Positions 28,014-38,097 of a stretch of 64,000 nucleotides of DNA are shown in pieces. Positions within the stretch are counted from its first letter, which is position 1. Each line of letters begins with the position of its first letter. A model generated the notes under the pieces. It saw only the letters and a list, made by a program, of their open reading frames with translations. It was not told the origin of the DNA and ran no database searches. The translations under genes and the position numbers were made by a program. The DNA is from Bacillota bacterium (GTDB taxonomy: Bacteria > Bacillota > JAAYKD01): the NCBI GenBank assembly GCA_963666425.2, contig OY762825.2, positions 1,856,001 through 1,920,000 of the forward strand, read 5' to 3'.

Positions 28014-31000
28014 TTAGCAGAGCAGCGGCCGCTGCCGATGCAGCTGCAGCGTTAGGGTGTCATCATCTTCGATACTGAAATCAATGAAAATACTGCGGCT
28101 GCGGCAGAGCATTTGGATGACAGCCAGATCATGCAGCAGGTGGGTCCTGGCGCAGAGATAGAGATAATCTCCCTGTGCAGTTTCGTCGGCCACTTCCGAG
28201 GTATAGGAGACGGCAGTGATCCAGGGGCAGCGGATTGCGGCATAGTGATGTTTATAATTGAGCGTGTAAGGGATCCAGTAATTGATCATGTTCTGAACAT
28301 AATCGGCGGGGAACAGCCGCGGCAGCCAGGCATGCGCATACTTTTCAAAACGCTCGCGCCATTCACTGTTCCAGGTGGAAATTTCCGGATCCCGGTTGAT
28401 GGTCTCGGCAATGACCTCCGCAATCTTTTGATTGACCGCTAAATTGGAAGTAAAGTCGGCATGGTCTACCGTCCAGAAATAACCGTAGAGCAGCGCGCGC
28501 GGCAGCCAGAAGCCTTTAAACCCCGGCGAAGTATAACCGGAATACTGTTGATCCCATTCATGGCTGGGTACGCCATGATTATCAATCACCACATCAGGCA
28601 GGTTGCCGAGCCAGAGTTTACTGAAAGCCAATGCTTCGCTGTGAATCGTATCGGGATGGAAATATTCTGAGGTGAAATCGCGTCCGAGCGCGTTGAAACG
28701 AGCGACATGCAGTTTCCAATTGGGATGTTCCAGCTGCAATTCATGATGCAGTGCAGCACCATCGGGGTTTTCCAGGGGAATGATGGCAAGACTGATTTGC
28801 TCCGCCAGATTCTGGTAGAGGGGATTGCTCAGGAGTTCTTTCAGCAGCAGAAAAGCCGCATTTGTGCTGGAGACTTCATTGGCATGATGCCGACAGAGGA
28901 TGATTTCGGAAGGCAGCAAGCTCAGTCGCTTGACCCGAGAAAGATAACCTTTGGCTTGTGGCAGCAGTTCGATGCCATAAATCACTCTGCCCAAAACACT
29001 CTTGGCAAGCGGCAGAACACGCAGACCCGGCACCAATTTCAGCTGCTTCATGATGGCGAGATATTCCTCATAACCAATCACGCTGTGTTCCTGTAAATCA
29101 ATTTGCTGGATCGACAGTGGCGGACGCAGCAATTGCTTTTGCGGCAGATCGAGCAGATAGGCGGTTGGCTGCGGGTCATTGGCCAACGTAAAGACCAATT
29201 GGCGGACGGGAAAGTAGGAGAGTTCTTCCTGCGCTGTTTTTTTGCCGATCAATTCCGTGTAAAAATGCAGCAAACGATGAAAATCGAATTCATCTCTTTG
29301 GCTGCGCCAATCTTCCACAGCAATCTGAGCCCGGAAATGATCCTGCTGCCAATCCAATTGCTGCAGGCTGGTTTTCACAGAACCTTTGTTCAAAGCGCGA
29401 TACTGCCGGCCGCTTTGCGTGAGCAGCAGAGGCTTTTTCTCCATTTGTTCCAATAGGGTGACACGCAGGGTCGGTTTGCCTGATCGCTGATGGAGCAGAG
29501 GCAGGATCAAACCGGGAGCAGTGAACTGCTCTCCGCAGCGGTTTAATCCGTAAACCTTAAAGAAATCGCTGCCGGCAAAGTAAAGATCTTCATGCAAAGC
29601 GTCGAGAGAGGAAAGCAAATCCTGCCGCCAAGGCAATTTCTCATCCGGTTCGCTGGCTTCAATCTCCAAACGCAGTTGAGAGAAGAAAGGCTGATCGGCA
29701 ATACTGGCCTGCTGTGGCAGCTTTTCTTCGATAAAATTGCGGCAGTCGGGCAGTATTTCCTGCTGATAAAGATTCCAAATCGTGGTCAGATCGGTATCGA
29801 TCTTCTGCTCGAATAAAAGCGTTCCATTACGGTGAACCTTCAGGTAACCGCAGGCGGGATGCACGAGCCCGAGAGCAGGATAGGCATCGAGATAAGGTCG
29901 GTTCTGCCAGGCGGCCAGATAGTGTTCCTGCAGCAAGGGGGTATTGTTTTGATCAAAGGCTGTCACTTCGTAGGTCAGATTCGCCTTGCCTTTGTATTCA
30001 AGGAATTGAATCGCACTGCGCGGCAGCGCGAGCCGGCTGCTCAAAAGATCATCGGCGGGATAAAGCTCCTGCAGATAGCGCAGCGGCAGGTCATGCCATT
30101 GCTCCGCTGTGGCCGTAGTCAGATGGTTGCGGATGGGGGTAGCTCCATCCTGATCCAGCCATTCTGTTTTCCCTTCCGGTAAAAAAGCCTTGAAAGCAAT
30201 TTCTATGTGGTGCAGCGAACCAAATTGCTGCAGCTGCGGCAGGATGACTTCTTCCAGCCAACTGTAACCTTGTTTATAAGCGCAAAGAAAGTGAAACCGA
30301 TCGGTCTGCAAGCCCCGCTGCTGCAATTGGTTCAGAATTTCAGCGGCAAGCTGTTGGCGGCAGGCAGCATCTTCGCTCAGGGCAGCCTCAATTTCGATGT
30401 GATCACCGGCCTGCAGCAACGGATAGACCGTCTCAGAAAGCAGTCGGCGCAGCACATCCGCTTCCCAGGGCAGATCATAGGCTTTACTGTAAACCGTACG
30501 GGACGCTTTGTGGTTGAAGAATTCCACTTCCGGGTACTCTCGCTGCAAAGCGGCCAATTCCGTCGGATCGGCAGGAGAGGTATAACAGAGTAAGGGATCA
30601 TCATCCGCTTCGATCAGCATTTGCAGCGCTGCTGTCTGACCATTCAGTGTTTGCAGACAGAGCCCGTCTTCCGTTTGTTGTAAAAAATCCTGCCAGGTCT
30701 GGTCTTCCCGCAGAGCCGGGAAATGCGTGCAGAATTCTGCCGAGAAAGCTTCCAATTCGGCTCCGCTGCCGCTGATCACGAGGCGGCTGCTTTCCGGCGC
30801 AGAAAGTAGTTTGATGCTGCAGCAGGCTTGTGTTTGGAAAGTAAGCAAATTACCGGGGACGGGCTGGCTGACTGCAATCGGCAGCGTATAAGAGGTCGTT
30901 TCCATGCCGAAACGGACAGCAAAGTTACAGGCAGCGATCAGCGTGCTGTCGTCACAGTTTGCCGGCAGCAGAAAATGCAAATCCAGCTGGTCCGGGAGGC

Positions 31001-31457
31001 CATTATGATCGCTGTCTTTTAAAAAAACTCCCAAAGAGAATAAATCGGCCAGACCGCGCTGCGGCTGCAGCGTGCCGACAGGACGGTAATCTTCCGGTGC
31101 TTTACTTGCTTTAAATCCACTCGGCCGCTGCTCGGCCGCATGCGGTAAACGCATGTGCAGCAACGCTTCCGCTTTGCTGTTCAAATCGGCCAGAGCCGCC
31201 GGCAGATCCTGCAAACCCCGAATGGCAACGATGACTTTATTTTGTTGCTGCACGATGCTGAATGCATCGTGCGTTTGCTCATCGGCCTGCAGATAGAGCA
31301 TATTCTCCTCCGTGCGCGCCGTCTGTCTGACAGCGACGGGAAATTCCAGGGAAATGCTGTGAAAACCCAGCCAAAGCGCCAATTCCAGAGTCAGTGTTTT
31401 CTGCAGGTCAGTCATGGCAGGGGTAAGCAGTATTTTGATGGTATGGGGATGATACAT
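28014..31457 (-). CDS. Large M14-family zinc carboxypeptidase with long N-terminal extension
   Basis: C-terminal ~350 aa carries RHHANE (HxxE), NPDG, RFN, DNHG and a distal Glu (SEVADE). Confidence 0.8.
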   Translation of the reverse strand: MYHPHTIKILLTPAMTDLQKTLTLELALWLGFHSISLEFPVAVRQTARTEENMLYLQADEQTHDAFSIVQQQNKVIVAIRGLQDLPAALADLNSKAEALLHMRLPHAAEQRPSGFKASKAPEDYRPVGTLQPQRGLADLFSLGVFLKDSDHNGLPDQLDLHFLLPANCDDSTLIAACNFAVRFGMETTSYTLPIAVSQPVPGNLLTFQTQACCSIKLLSAPESSRLVISGSGAELEAFSAEFCTHFPALREDQTWQDFLQQTEDGLCLQTLNGQTAALQMLIEADDDPLLCYTSPADPTELAALQREYPEVEFFNHKASRTVYSKAYDLPWEADVLRRLLSETVYPLLQAGDHIEIEAALSEDAACRQQLAAEILNQLQQRGLQTDRFHFLCAYKQGYSWLEEVILPQLQQFGSLHHIEIAFKAFLPEGKTEWLDQDGATPIRNHLTTATAEQWHDLPLRYLQELYPADDLLSSRLALPRSAIQFLEYKGKANLTYEVTAFDQNNTPLLQEHYLAAWQNRPYLDAYPALGLVHPACGYLKVHRNGTLLFEQKIDTDLTTIWNLYQQEILPDCRNFIEEKLPQQASIADQPFFSQLRLEIEASEPDEKLPWRQDLLSSLDALHEDLYFAGSDFFKVYGLNRCGEQFTAPGLILPLLHQRSGKPTLRVTLLEQMEKKPLLLTQSGRQYRALNKGSVKTSLQQLDWQQDHFRAQIAVEDWRSQRDEFDFHRLLHFYTELIGKKTAQEELSYFPVRQLVFTLANDPQPTAYLLDLPQKQLLRPPLSIQQIDLQEHSVIGYEEYLAIMKQLKLVPGLRVLPLAKSVLGRVIYGIELLPQAKGYLSRVKRLSLLPSEIILCRHHANEVSSTNAAFLLLKELLSNPLYQNLAEQISLAIIPLENPDGAALHHELQLEHPNWKLHVARFNALGRDFTSEYFHPDTIHSEALAFSKLWLGNLPDVVIDNHGVPSHEWDQQYSGYTSPGFKGFWLPRALLYGYFWTVDHADFTSNLAVNQKIAEVIAETINRDPEISTWNSEWRERFEKYAHAWLPRLFPADYVQNMINYWIPYTLNYKHHYAAIRCPWITAVSYTSEVADETAQGDYLYLCARTHLLHDLAVIQMLCRSRSIFIDFSIEDDDTLTLQLHRQRPLLC

Positions 31458-31493
31458 CAGGACCTGCCTTCTTTCTGTGCTCTTTGTATTGCT

Positions 31494-31524
31494 AAATTCG
31501 CTGAAGGACAGTGCTTTTTCCTGC
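31494..31524 (-). promoter_or_regulatory. sigmaH-like promoter for the M14 peptidase
   Basis: Minus strand GCAGGAAAA-N13-AGCGAATTT versus the B. subtilis sigmaH consensus RNAGGAWWW-N11/12-RNNGAAT. Confidence 0.45.
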
Positions 31525-31655
31525 TTGATAAGAGAGAAAAATTGAAAAAACTACCTTAAGGCAAAGATGAGATAGAGGTAAGAACTGTTTTTCTGTTTTG
31601 GGCGGCGAGCATTGTCCAGAAGAATCGCACAGTTTTGGCAGGATTGCAGCCAATC

Positions 31656-31688
31656 AAAAAGGCACGGTTTTAATACCGCGCCTTTTTT
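31656..31688 (-). terminator. Intrinsic terminator of the ABC/SLH operon
   Basis: AAAAAGGCACGGT-TTTAAT-ACCGCGCCTTTTTT hairpin flanked by A and T tracts, just past the SLH gene stop. Confidence 0.75.
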
Positions 31689-31704
31689 GAAATAATATGG
31701 AATC

Positions 31705-33588
31705 TTATTTGACAGTCGCTATAATGACTCTGATGCGGTCACCGGCCACAAAGATGCTGCTGTCATAATAGCCGCGCAAATGATAGAGATTCAAATCGGA
31801 AACAGCGGCTAAATTGGTGGTATAGATTGCCTCATCGGTCTTGAGATAAACTTGCAGATCGGCTGCCAATTGATATTCCTGATGATTGCCGACCACAGCA
31901 GAATTGCTCAGGGTATCAATATCCAATTCAGCCAATTTGAGTATATTGCTGACCGTATGATTGCTGTAAACCAGCATAACACCGCCGGACAGGTTATAAC
32001 TGAGAGAGGAAAAGACTCCTTTGCTGCTGCTGTTTTGGTAACTGAAGCTATAGCGGGTCACATCGACGCTGCCGCCGGCACCATTGCTGACCGCTGTGGT
32101 GGTTTCTGTTACATCGGAGATGACAGCATAAGTATGTAAATCACCGGTGACATCGTTGAGAATCAAATGGCTGATTTCACGCTGACTATTCAGCACGAAA
32201 TAGCGGATGTCCTCAGAATCCAGCTTGGTATTAGCTAACCGTGTGCTGCGGACCGTACAGGATTGACCGTTGCTGTCGGTATCGAGAATCTGAACATCGG
32301 CGGCAAAAGTATAATCTCCCAGTTCGGTAGCGGCAGCATTGACTGTGCCGGAAATCCGTTTTAAAGCTAATTTTGTCAGATGGACATTGCCATTGACGAT
32401 ACCGACCGCAACAAGATCGCCGGCATTGACAACAGCATCACTATTATATTGACGGGTCGAACCGTCGGTGCAGGCGACTGTGATCACATTGACAACCTGA
32501 CTGCCGCTGGTATTGGTCAGGTATGTTTCTACCCCTTTGCTGACAACGACACCATATTGGATGGCAGAAGATTCCTGAGGTGTCAGGACATCCACAACAC
32601 TGCCGTTCATACCTAAAAGCAGCGTTACAGTATCGCCGGGAACATAGTCACCCATGGCGGAAAGTTTGTAAGCAGCGGCGGAGGACGCAAGCGTATAGGT
32701 ATTGCCCGCTACAACAATACTGCTGGGGGCGACTGTATTGGGTGAAGCGGATGTGTACATCCCTACGACCTGATTACTGTAAGCCCAGATTGTCTTCAGA
32801 CTGCTATGATAATACAGAACATCGTTCGCCACAAGCGCGGAAACATTGGCGGGCTTGCCATTGCGGTAAACCGTAGCGTCGGTCAGCTCAAATGGAATCA
32901 AATTGCTGAAATCGGTATTGTCCAGTACAAAAGGTCCCTGCATCTTTTTGGCTATCAGAGCGGCATAATCAATTTCTCCCGCAGAATTCACACTATAACC
33001 AAGGCTGCTGGCGTATACTGTACCAGTTTTTGTCTTCGCTTTCATCATATTGTAAACCAATTGCCAGGCATTTGCTGTGGTTAGGGTTTCCCCCTTCCGC
33101 GTATTGATTCCCTCGGCTAAGCCCAAGGCGTTATACTTTGCTAATTGAGCTGTGGGATAACTGCCCTGCATGTCTTCTGCTGTATAGCCGAGCAGACGTA
33201 AAACAGCAGTTGCTGCTTCTTCCAATTTCATGGATTGATCCGGTCGGAAGCTGCCGTCAAGATACCCAAGCATCCAACCGGCATCAACAGCGGTCTTGAT
33301 AGCAGCAGCATAGGGGTGGTTATATTTTACATCCCGGAACGGTGAAATACTGGAGGTGTTATCGAGGGTATCCTGATATTGCGAACCGGCTGCCAACAAA
33401 GCAGCGAATTCTCCGCGGGTGATTGTACTGGCACCACTTGCATCAGTCAATTGATCAGCATCAAAAAGGTCCATTGCTTCTAAAGTGAGTATGACCTGAT
33501 TGTCTGGTTCGCCGGCGGATACCGGCGGCGTCAGAAAAAGGCAGAAAATCATACTAAAAAGAAGGGGGAGAAGTATTCTTTTTTTCAT
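31705..33588 (-). CDS. Secreted S-layer homology (SLH) domain protein
   Basis: Signal peptide (MKKRILL...VSA), ITRGEFA, FRDV..YAAAI..GWMLGYLDGSFRPD; beta-rich C-terminal part. Last gene of the ABC operon. Confidence 0.85.
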   Translation of the reverse strand: MKKRILLPLLFSMIFCLFLTPPVSAGEPDNQVILTLEAMDLFDADQLTDASGASTITRGEFAALLAAGSQYQDTLDNTSSISPFRDVKYNHPYAAAIKTAVDAGWMLGYLDGSFRPDQSMKLEEAATAVLRLLGYTAEDMQGSYPTAQLAKYNALGLAEGINTRKGETLTTANAWQLVYNMMKAKTKTGTVYASSLGYSVNSAGEIDYAALIAKKMQGPFVLDNTDFSNLIPFELTDATVYRNGKPANVSALVANDVLYYHSSLKTIWAYSNQVVGMYTSASPNTVAPSSIVVAGNTYTLASSAAAYKLSAMGDYVPGDTVTLLLGMNGSVVDVLTPQESSAIQYGVVVSKGVETYLTNTSGSQVVNVITVACTDGSTRQYNSDAVVNAGDLVAVGIVNGNVHLTKLALKRISGTVNAAATELGDYTFAADVQILDTDSNGQSCTVRSTRLANTKLDSEDIRYFVLNSQREISHLILNDVTGDLHTYAVISDVTETTTAVSNGAGGSVDVTRYSFSYQNSSSKGVFSSLSYNLSGGVMLVYSNHTVSNILKLAELDIDTLSNSAVVGNHQEYQLAADLQVYLKTDEAIYTTNLAAVSDLNLYHLRGYYDSSIFVAGDRIRVIIATVK

Positions 33589-33607
33589 TTTATCATTCCT
33601 TCCTCTC

Positions 33608-34798
33608 TTAATCGTAACGTAAGGCTTCTATGGGATTCAGGCGCGCTGCTTTTTGGGCAGGCAAATAACCGAAGAGAATACCGATGCCGACTGAAACAGC
33701 AAAGGCGATCAGCACCGAAGAAGTGGAAGGGGCAATCGTAATATCGGTATCCAGCATGGAAGTGATTAAGGTGGTGCCTATGGTGGAAAGAGCATACCCC
33801 AAAGCAACTCCAACCAATCCGCCCAAACCGCTGGTAGTGCCGGCTTCAATGACAAATTGTTCAAGAATATTACGTTGCTTTGCTCCCAAAGCCTTGCGGA
33901 TACCGATTTCTTTCGTGCGCTCCGATACGGAAACCAGCATGATATTCATAATGCCAATCCCGCCAACCACCAAAGAGATAGCGGCAATTGCACCGAGAAT
34001 TAAAACCACAGCATCGAGCATGCTGGACATGGTTGTCAGCATTTCTGATAAGCTGATTACGGTATAAGCGCTGTCACTGCCGAATACTTTGTATAAAGCA
34101 TTTTCAATCAGCGCTTTTGCTTCCGAAACCGTTTCCTCTGTAGTAACAGAAAATGTATAAGAATTGATGCCCATCCAGGATAGTTTGGCGGCGACACTAT
34201 AAGGCAGATAGATCACATCATCGCTGCTGCTTTCTTCACTGGCGGCTTCTTCTGAAAGGATGCCGACGATCGTATAAGTATTCTGGCCGATACGCAGTGT
34301 CTCTCCCAGCGCGTTATTATTGAAATACTCTTTGGCCAGATAGCTGCCGATGACACAAACCTTGTGGCGGTTGAGAATATCAATATATTCGATGAATCGT
34401 CCCGACTGTAAGGAGTAATCCTTCATTGTTGCGTAATCTTCACCGACTCCGGAGATCGAGGTAGTGCTGATACTGTCAGAACCGATTTTAACGGTGCCGC
34501 TCACACTGACGAGGGGAGAAACGGACTGCAGAAGATCAGGATTCTCTGCTGCCAGAGTGTACATCTCATCAACGGAGATACTGCGGGAAGAACCGCGCCC
34601 TTTCACATTCACAGTCAGTAAATTCGTACCCATGCTTTGAAAGGATTCTGTCATGTAATTCTCCATTCCATTGCCCAGGCCAACGATTACTGTTACCGCT
34701 GCAACTCCAATGATAATGCCCAACATCGTCAATAGGGAACGCAATTTATTCGAGGCAATGTTTTTGATCGCCATTTGAAAAGACTGCAGTAGATTCAT
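33608..34798 (-). CDS. MacB/FtsX-family ABC transporter permease
   Basis: RSLLTMLGIIIGV, GGIGIMNIMLVSVSERTKEIGIRKALGA, PAxKAARLNPIEALRYD. Confidence 0.93.
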   Translation of the reverse strand: MNLLQSFQMAIKNIASNKLRSLLTMLGIIIGVAAVTVIVGLGNGMENYMTESFQSMGTNLLTVNVKGRGSSRSISVDEMYTLAAENPDLLQSVSPLVSVSGTVKIGSDSISTTSISGVGEDYATMKDYSLQSGRFIEYIDILNRHKVCVIGSYLAKEYFNNNALGETLRIGQNTYTIVGILSEEAASEESSSDDVIYLPYSVAAKLSWMGINSYTFSVTTEETVSEAKALIENALYKVFGSDSAYTVISLSEMLTTMSSMLDAVVLILGAIAAISLVVGGIGIMNIMLVSVSERTKEIGIRKALGAKQRNILEQFVIEAGTTSGLGGLVGVALGYALSTIGTTLITSMLDTDITIAPSTSSVLIAFAVSVGIGILFGYLPAQKAARLNPIEALRYD

Positions 34799-35523
34799 AG
34801 TTTCACCCCGCTTTCCTGGTGAAGCAAAGCGGCTTCTTCTTTCGTAGGACCATCATAGACGATTTTCCCATCGGCCAGGCGAATGGTTCGTTCCGCGTGA
34901 GCCGCAATGCCATTGTCATGCGTGATGAGGACAACGGTGTTACCTTCTTCATGCAACTGCTGCAATAAACGCAGAACATCCATGCCTGTTTTTGAATCCA
35001 GTGCGCCGGTAGGTTCATCGGCCAGGATGACAGAAGGATTGCCGGCCAATGCGCGGGCGATCGAAACACGCTGCTGCTGTCCACCGGAAAGCTGGTTGGG
35101 TAAGTTCTTTAATTTATCTGTTAAGCCAACGCGCTCCAGAACGGTACGGGAACGTTCGATCCGCTCTCGCTTGCCCATCCCCGCATAAATCAAAGAAACC
35201 TCCACATTTTCTTCCACTGATAATCTTGGCAGAAGATTATATTGTTGAAAGATGAAACCGACCATCTTATTGCGAATTTCCGCCAGTGCGTTATCAGTCA
35301 ATTCTCCAACATCCTGCCCGCCCAGCAAATACTGACCTGCATCCGGTACATCCAGACAACCAATGATATTCATACAGGTGGATTTGCCCGAACCGGATTG
35401 ACCGACGATAGCGACGAATTCGCCTTTGTAAATTTGTAGGGAAATACCGTCAATCGCACGGACAACTGTGTCTCCCATGGTGTAAACTTTATAAACACGG
35501 CGGAATTCTATGAGGGGTGTCAT
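34795..35523 (-). CDS. MacB/LolD-type ABC transporter ATP-binding protein
   Basis: Walker A GQSGSGKS, signature LSGGQQQRV, Walker B ILADEPTGALD, H-loop ITHD. Confidence 0.95.
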   Translation of the reverse strand: MTPLIEFRRVYKVYTMGDTVVRAIDGISLQIYKGEFVAIVGQSGSGKSTCMNIIGCLDVPDAGQYLLGGQDVGELTDNALAEIRNKMVGFIFQQYNLLPRLSVEENVEVSLIYAGMGKRERIERSRTVLERVGLTDKLKNLPNQLSGGQQQRVSIARALAGNPSVILADEPTGALDSKTGMDVLRLLQQLHEEGNTVVLITHDNGIAAHAERTIRLADGKIVYDGPTKEEAALLHQESGVKL

Positions 35524-35529
35524 GCTGAT

Positions 35530-37308
35530 TTAACCTCCCGTTTTTGGAATTGTGCCGGTGCCGCCGCCTTGCGGTATGCCACCTTGTCCGCCTGTCTGAC
35601 CGCCGGTTTGTCCGCCGATCTGACCGCCTTGCTGTGTGCCAAAGGGAGTAACAACACTAGTAGTGATAGTCTCATTGGCAGTGACTGCGATAATATCACC
35701 TTCACTGAGACCAGAAGTGATTTCCACATAATCATCATTGCTCAGACCGACGGTTACATCCACATAAGCAAAACCTTCCGGAATGGCTGGGTTGCTGTTT
35801 TCCTGGGTAGATACACTATCGGTTTGCCTCAATACACGGTTTCCGCGAGCCACGGCACCGATCGGAACAGCCAAAACATCTTTGACCGATTCAATGACAA
35901 TTTCAGCTTCCACATTCATGCCGGGCAATAAACCTTCTGTATCAGTAATTTGAATGGTGATCGGATAGGTTGTGACACCGCTTGCAGTGGTACCGTTGAT
36001 GCTGACCTTGGTAATGGTGCCGATATAACGATGCCCTTCCGCCGCATCAGCAGTAATGGAAGCAGTTTGTCCCACAGATACTTTGGCAATGTCCAGTTCA
36101 TCGATATTCAGTGTCAGGGACAGGTAAGAGAGATCATAAATGACACACATGCTGGAGTTGGGAGAGACTTTATCGCCGCTTTTGGCGGTCTTATCGATAA
36201 TAGTCCCAGAAATAGGCGATTTTATGATGTAGGAATCCAGATTATCATTTTGATTTTCTAAGGCTAATTCGGCATCTTTTAAGGTATTGGCGGCATTTTC
36301 TATTTCGTCCTCTAAACTCTCACTGCTTAACGTAATCAATAATTGATCTTTAGCGACATAATCGCCTTCCATAGCATTGAGAGCAACGACTTCTCCGGCA
36401 AGCGCTGCGCTGATCACAGCTTCACTCTGGTAAGTGAAGCTGCCTTTGGCATTGCAGGCGATTTCGCCGATCATGGCGGTGGCACTGTGCGAGGTGGAAA
36501 GCGCGCCGGGATTGTTCACGTCAATGGTTACTTGACGAACCAGCATATTGCCGCTCAAAATTTGATCGACAGCGCTGATTTTACTGACGCTGCCATTCAA
36601 TATCTCATAAGAACCATCCAGAATTACGCTGGCAGCTTGCCCGATAGTAAATGTCTTGGCATCAGAAGAATTGAACGGCAAAGTCAGCTGCATTACATTG
36701 CTGTTGCGCAATTTTGCAATTGTCTGTCCTGCCTTTACATCGTCACCAACGTTCACCGAGAGTTCAATGACCGTGCCGCTGCTGGTGGCTTTGATCTTCA
36801 GGTTTTCCAGATTTTCCAGTTTTCTTTCGTAACTTTTACGGCTTTGACTGACGGAAAGCTCGGCACGTTCCAGGTTGGTGCTGACATCAGAGCTGTCAAT
36901 CTGGTAAAGAATCGTATTTTTCGCAATCACGTCACCTTCGCTGAAGTTAGAGGAAAGAACCTCTCCGCTGACTAAAGTAGTGACAGTATAAGAGTCAGCC
37001 GGCTGGAGGGAACCGCTGCCGCTTAATGATGAAACAATATCCTGCTTCGCAACCGTATAATTGGTGTAATTGGCAGCTGCGTTTTGCGTTTTTTGGGCCC
37101 GGGTTTTTAAAAATACCACAGTTCCAATCGCTGCGATCAATAGAATAACAATCAAAATGAGGGGCCATTTTTTCCTTTTCTTCTTCTTGGCAATGGCAGC
37201 TGGATTAAAATCCGTGAGATCACCACCAGCCGTTGTGGGATTAGCGCCATCCATTGCAACAGAGGCATCATTGGATGAGTTTTTTTGCTTTTTGTGGAAA
37301 ATGTTCAT
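35530..37308 (-). CDS. HlyD/MacA-family membrane fusion (adaptor) protein, extended form
   Basis: Basic patch plus N-terminal TM helix, four lipoyl half-motifs, IDELDIAKVxxGQ, LLPGMNV, VTVGLSND..VEITSGLSEGD, Gly/Gln-rich tail. Confidence 0.88.
   Translation of the reverse strand: MNIFHKKQKNSSNDASVAMDGANPTTAGGDLTDFNPAAIAKKKKRKKWPLILIVILLIAAIGTVVFLKTRAQKTQNAAANYTNYTVAKQDIVSSLSGSGSLQPADSYTVTTLVSGEVLSSNFSEGDVIAKNTILYQIDSSDVSTNLERAELSVSQSRKSYERKLENLENLKIKATSSGTVIELSVNVGDDVKAGQTIAKLRNSNVMQLTLPFNSSDAKTFTIGQAASVILDGSYEILNGSVSKISAVDQILSGNMLVRQVTIDVNNPGALSTSHSATAMIGEIACNAKGSFTYQSEAVISAALAGEVVALNAMEGDYVAKDQLLITLSSESLEDEIENAANTLKDAELALENQNDNLDSYIIKSPISGTIIDKTAKSGDKVSPNSSMCVIYDLSYLSLTLNIDELDIAKVSVGQTASITADAAEGHRYIGTITKVSINGTTASGVTTYPITIQITDTEGLLPGMNVEAEIVIESVKDVLAVPIGAVARGNRVLRQTDSVSTQENSNPAIPEGFAYVDVTVGLSNDDYVEITSGLSEGDIIAVTANETITTSVVTPFGTQQGGQIGGQTGGQTGGQGGIPQGGGTGTIPKTGG
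35556..35635 (-). repeat. GGQx tetrapeptide tandem repeat in the adaptor C-terminal tail
   Basis: Encodes QQGGQIGGQTGGQTGGQGGIPQGGG; degenerate 12-bp period. Confidence 0.7.
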
Positions 37309-37500
37309 TGACCTAACGCAACCTTTCTCTTTTCATATTAATCAATATCATACCCGAAATATATGACTAATAGCTTAAAGTGAAAAAGAAAATTTCACAA
37401 ATAAAACGCTTTTTTTGTTCTTATCTTCACGAAAATGACATACTCGTAAAAAAAGTGATCGGCGAAAAAAACAGCAAGGCGGAATATTGTCAGATGAAAT

Positions 37501-37535
37501 GATCCTGCCGTCACTTTCATCATAACAGCAGGATC
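37501..37535 (-). terminator. Hairpin, probable terminator after the GNAT gene
   Basis: GATCCTGC...GCAGGATC inverted repeat just downstream of the stop at 37553. Confidence 0.5.
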
Positions 37536-37552
37536 GTTTTTACACTTTATGT

Positions 37553-38092
37553 TTAGAACCAGTAATAGAAGAAGATTGCTTTCTCCCCACGGGCGCTGGT
37601 TGCTGCATAGAGCAGGCTATCGGCGCCGCCGATGACAAAGCCAAACTTGAGATAAAAGCGGCAGGCGATTAAGTTGCAGTCCTGTGCTTCCAGAACAATT
37701 CCCGGCAGCTGCTCTGCTTTGGCCCAGGCCACCGCTGCATCCATCAGTGCCCGACCGACACCTTGATGTCGTAAATCTGCTTCGACTTCGATATCATCGA
37801 TATAGGCCAGATGGTTCCAATTTTTATGCAGGCGCAGATGACCGGCACAACGGCCTGTTTCGGTAAAGCAAAACAAAACGGTTTTATCCGCGCTGTCAAT
37901 GAATTCGGCCGGATCCAGCTTTTCATCAGGAAAACACTTGCTGCTCTTTTGCGGCAGCAGCACTTCTTTATGGCTCCAAACCGCACCATCATAGAGTGCA
38001 AGACAATGTCCGATCACCTCAAATGCTGTGTTGGGACGCAGCAGGTGCTGGTGGTTGGACCAATTGATCGGAAGCACTGTCCATTCGCTCAT
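37553..38092 (-). CDS. GNAT acetyltransferase, streptothricin acetyltransferase (SatA/Sat4-like) family
   Basis: KNWNxxAYIDDIEV...RxxGVG..LM..AxxWA...GIxLEAQDxNxxACRFY..GFVIGG.D..LY...E.AIF.Y matches the Sat family pattern. Confidence 0.78.
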   Translation of the reverse strand: MSEWTVLPINWSNHQHLLRPNTAFEVIGHCLALYDGAVWSHKEVLLPQKSSKCFPDEKLDPAEFIDSADKTVLFCFTETGRCAGHLRLHKNWNHLAYIDDIEVEADLRHQGVGRALMDAAVAWAKAEQLPGIVLEAQDCNLIACRFYLKFGFVIGGADSLLYAATSARGEKAIFFYYWF

Positions 38093-38097
38093 CTTGG

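Noticed and set aside
37380-37398. GTGAAA-N7-TTTCAC inverted repeat upstream of the ABC operon as an operator
   Set aside because: The arms are only 6 bp in AT-rich DNA and no cognate regulator is nearby, so it could arise by chance.
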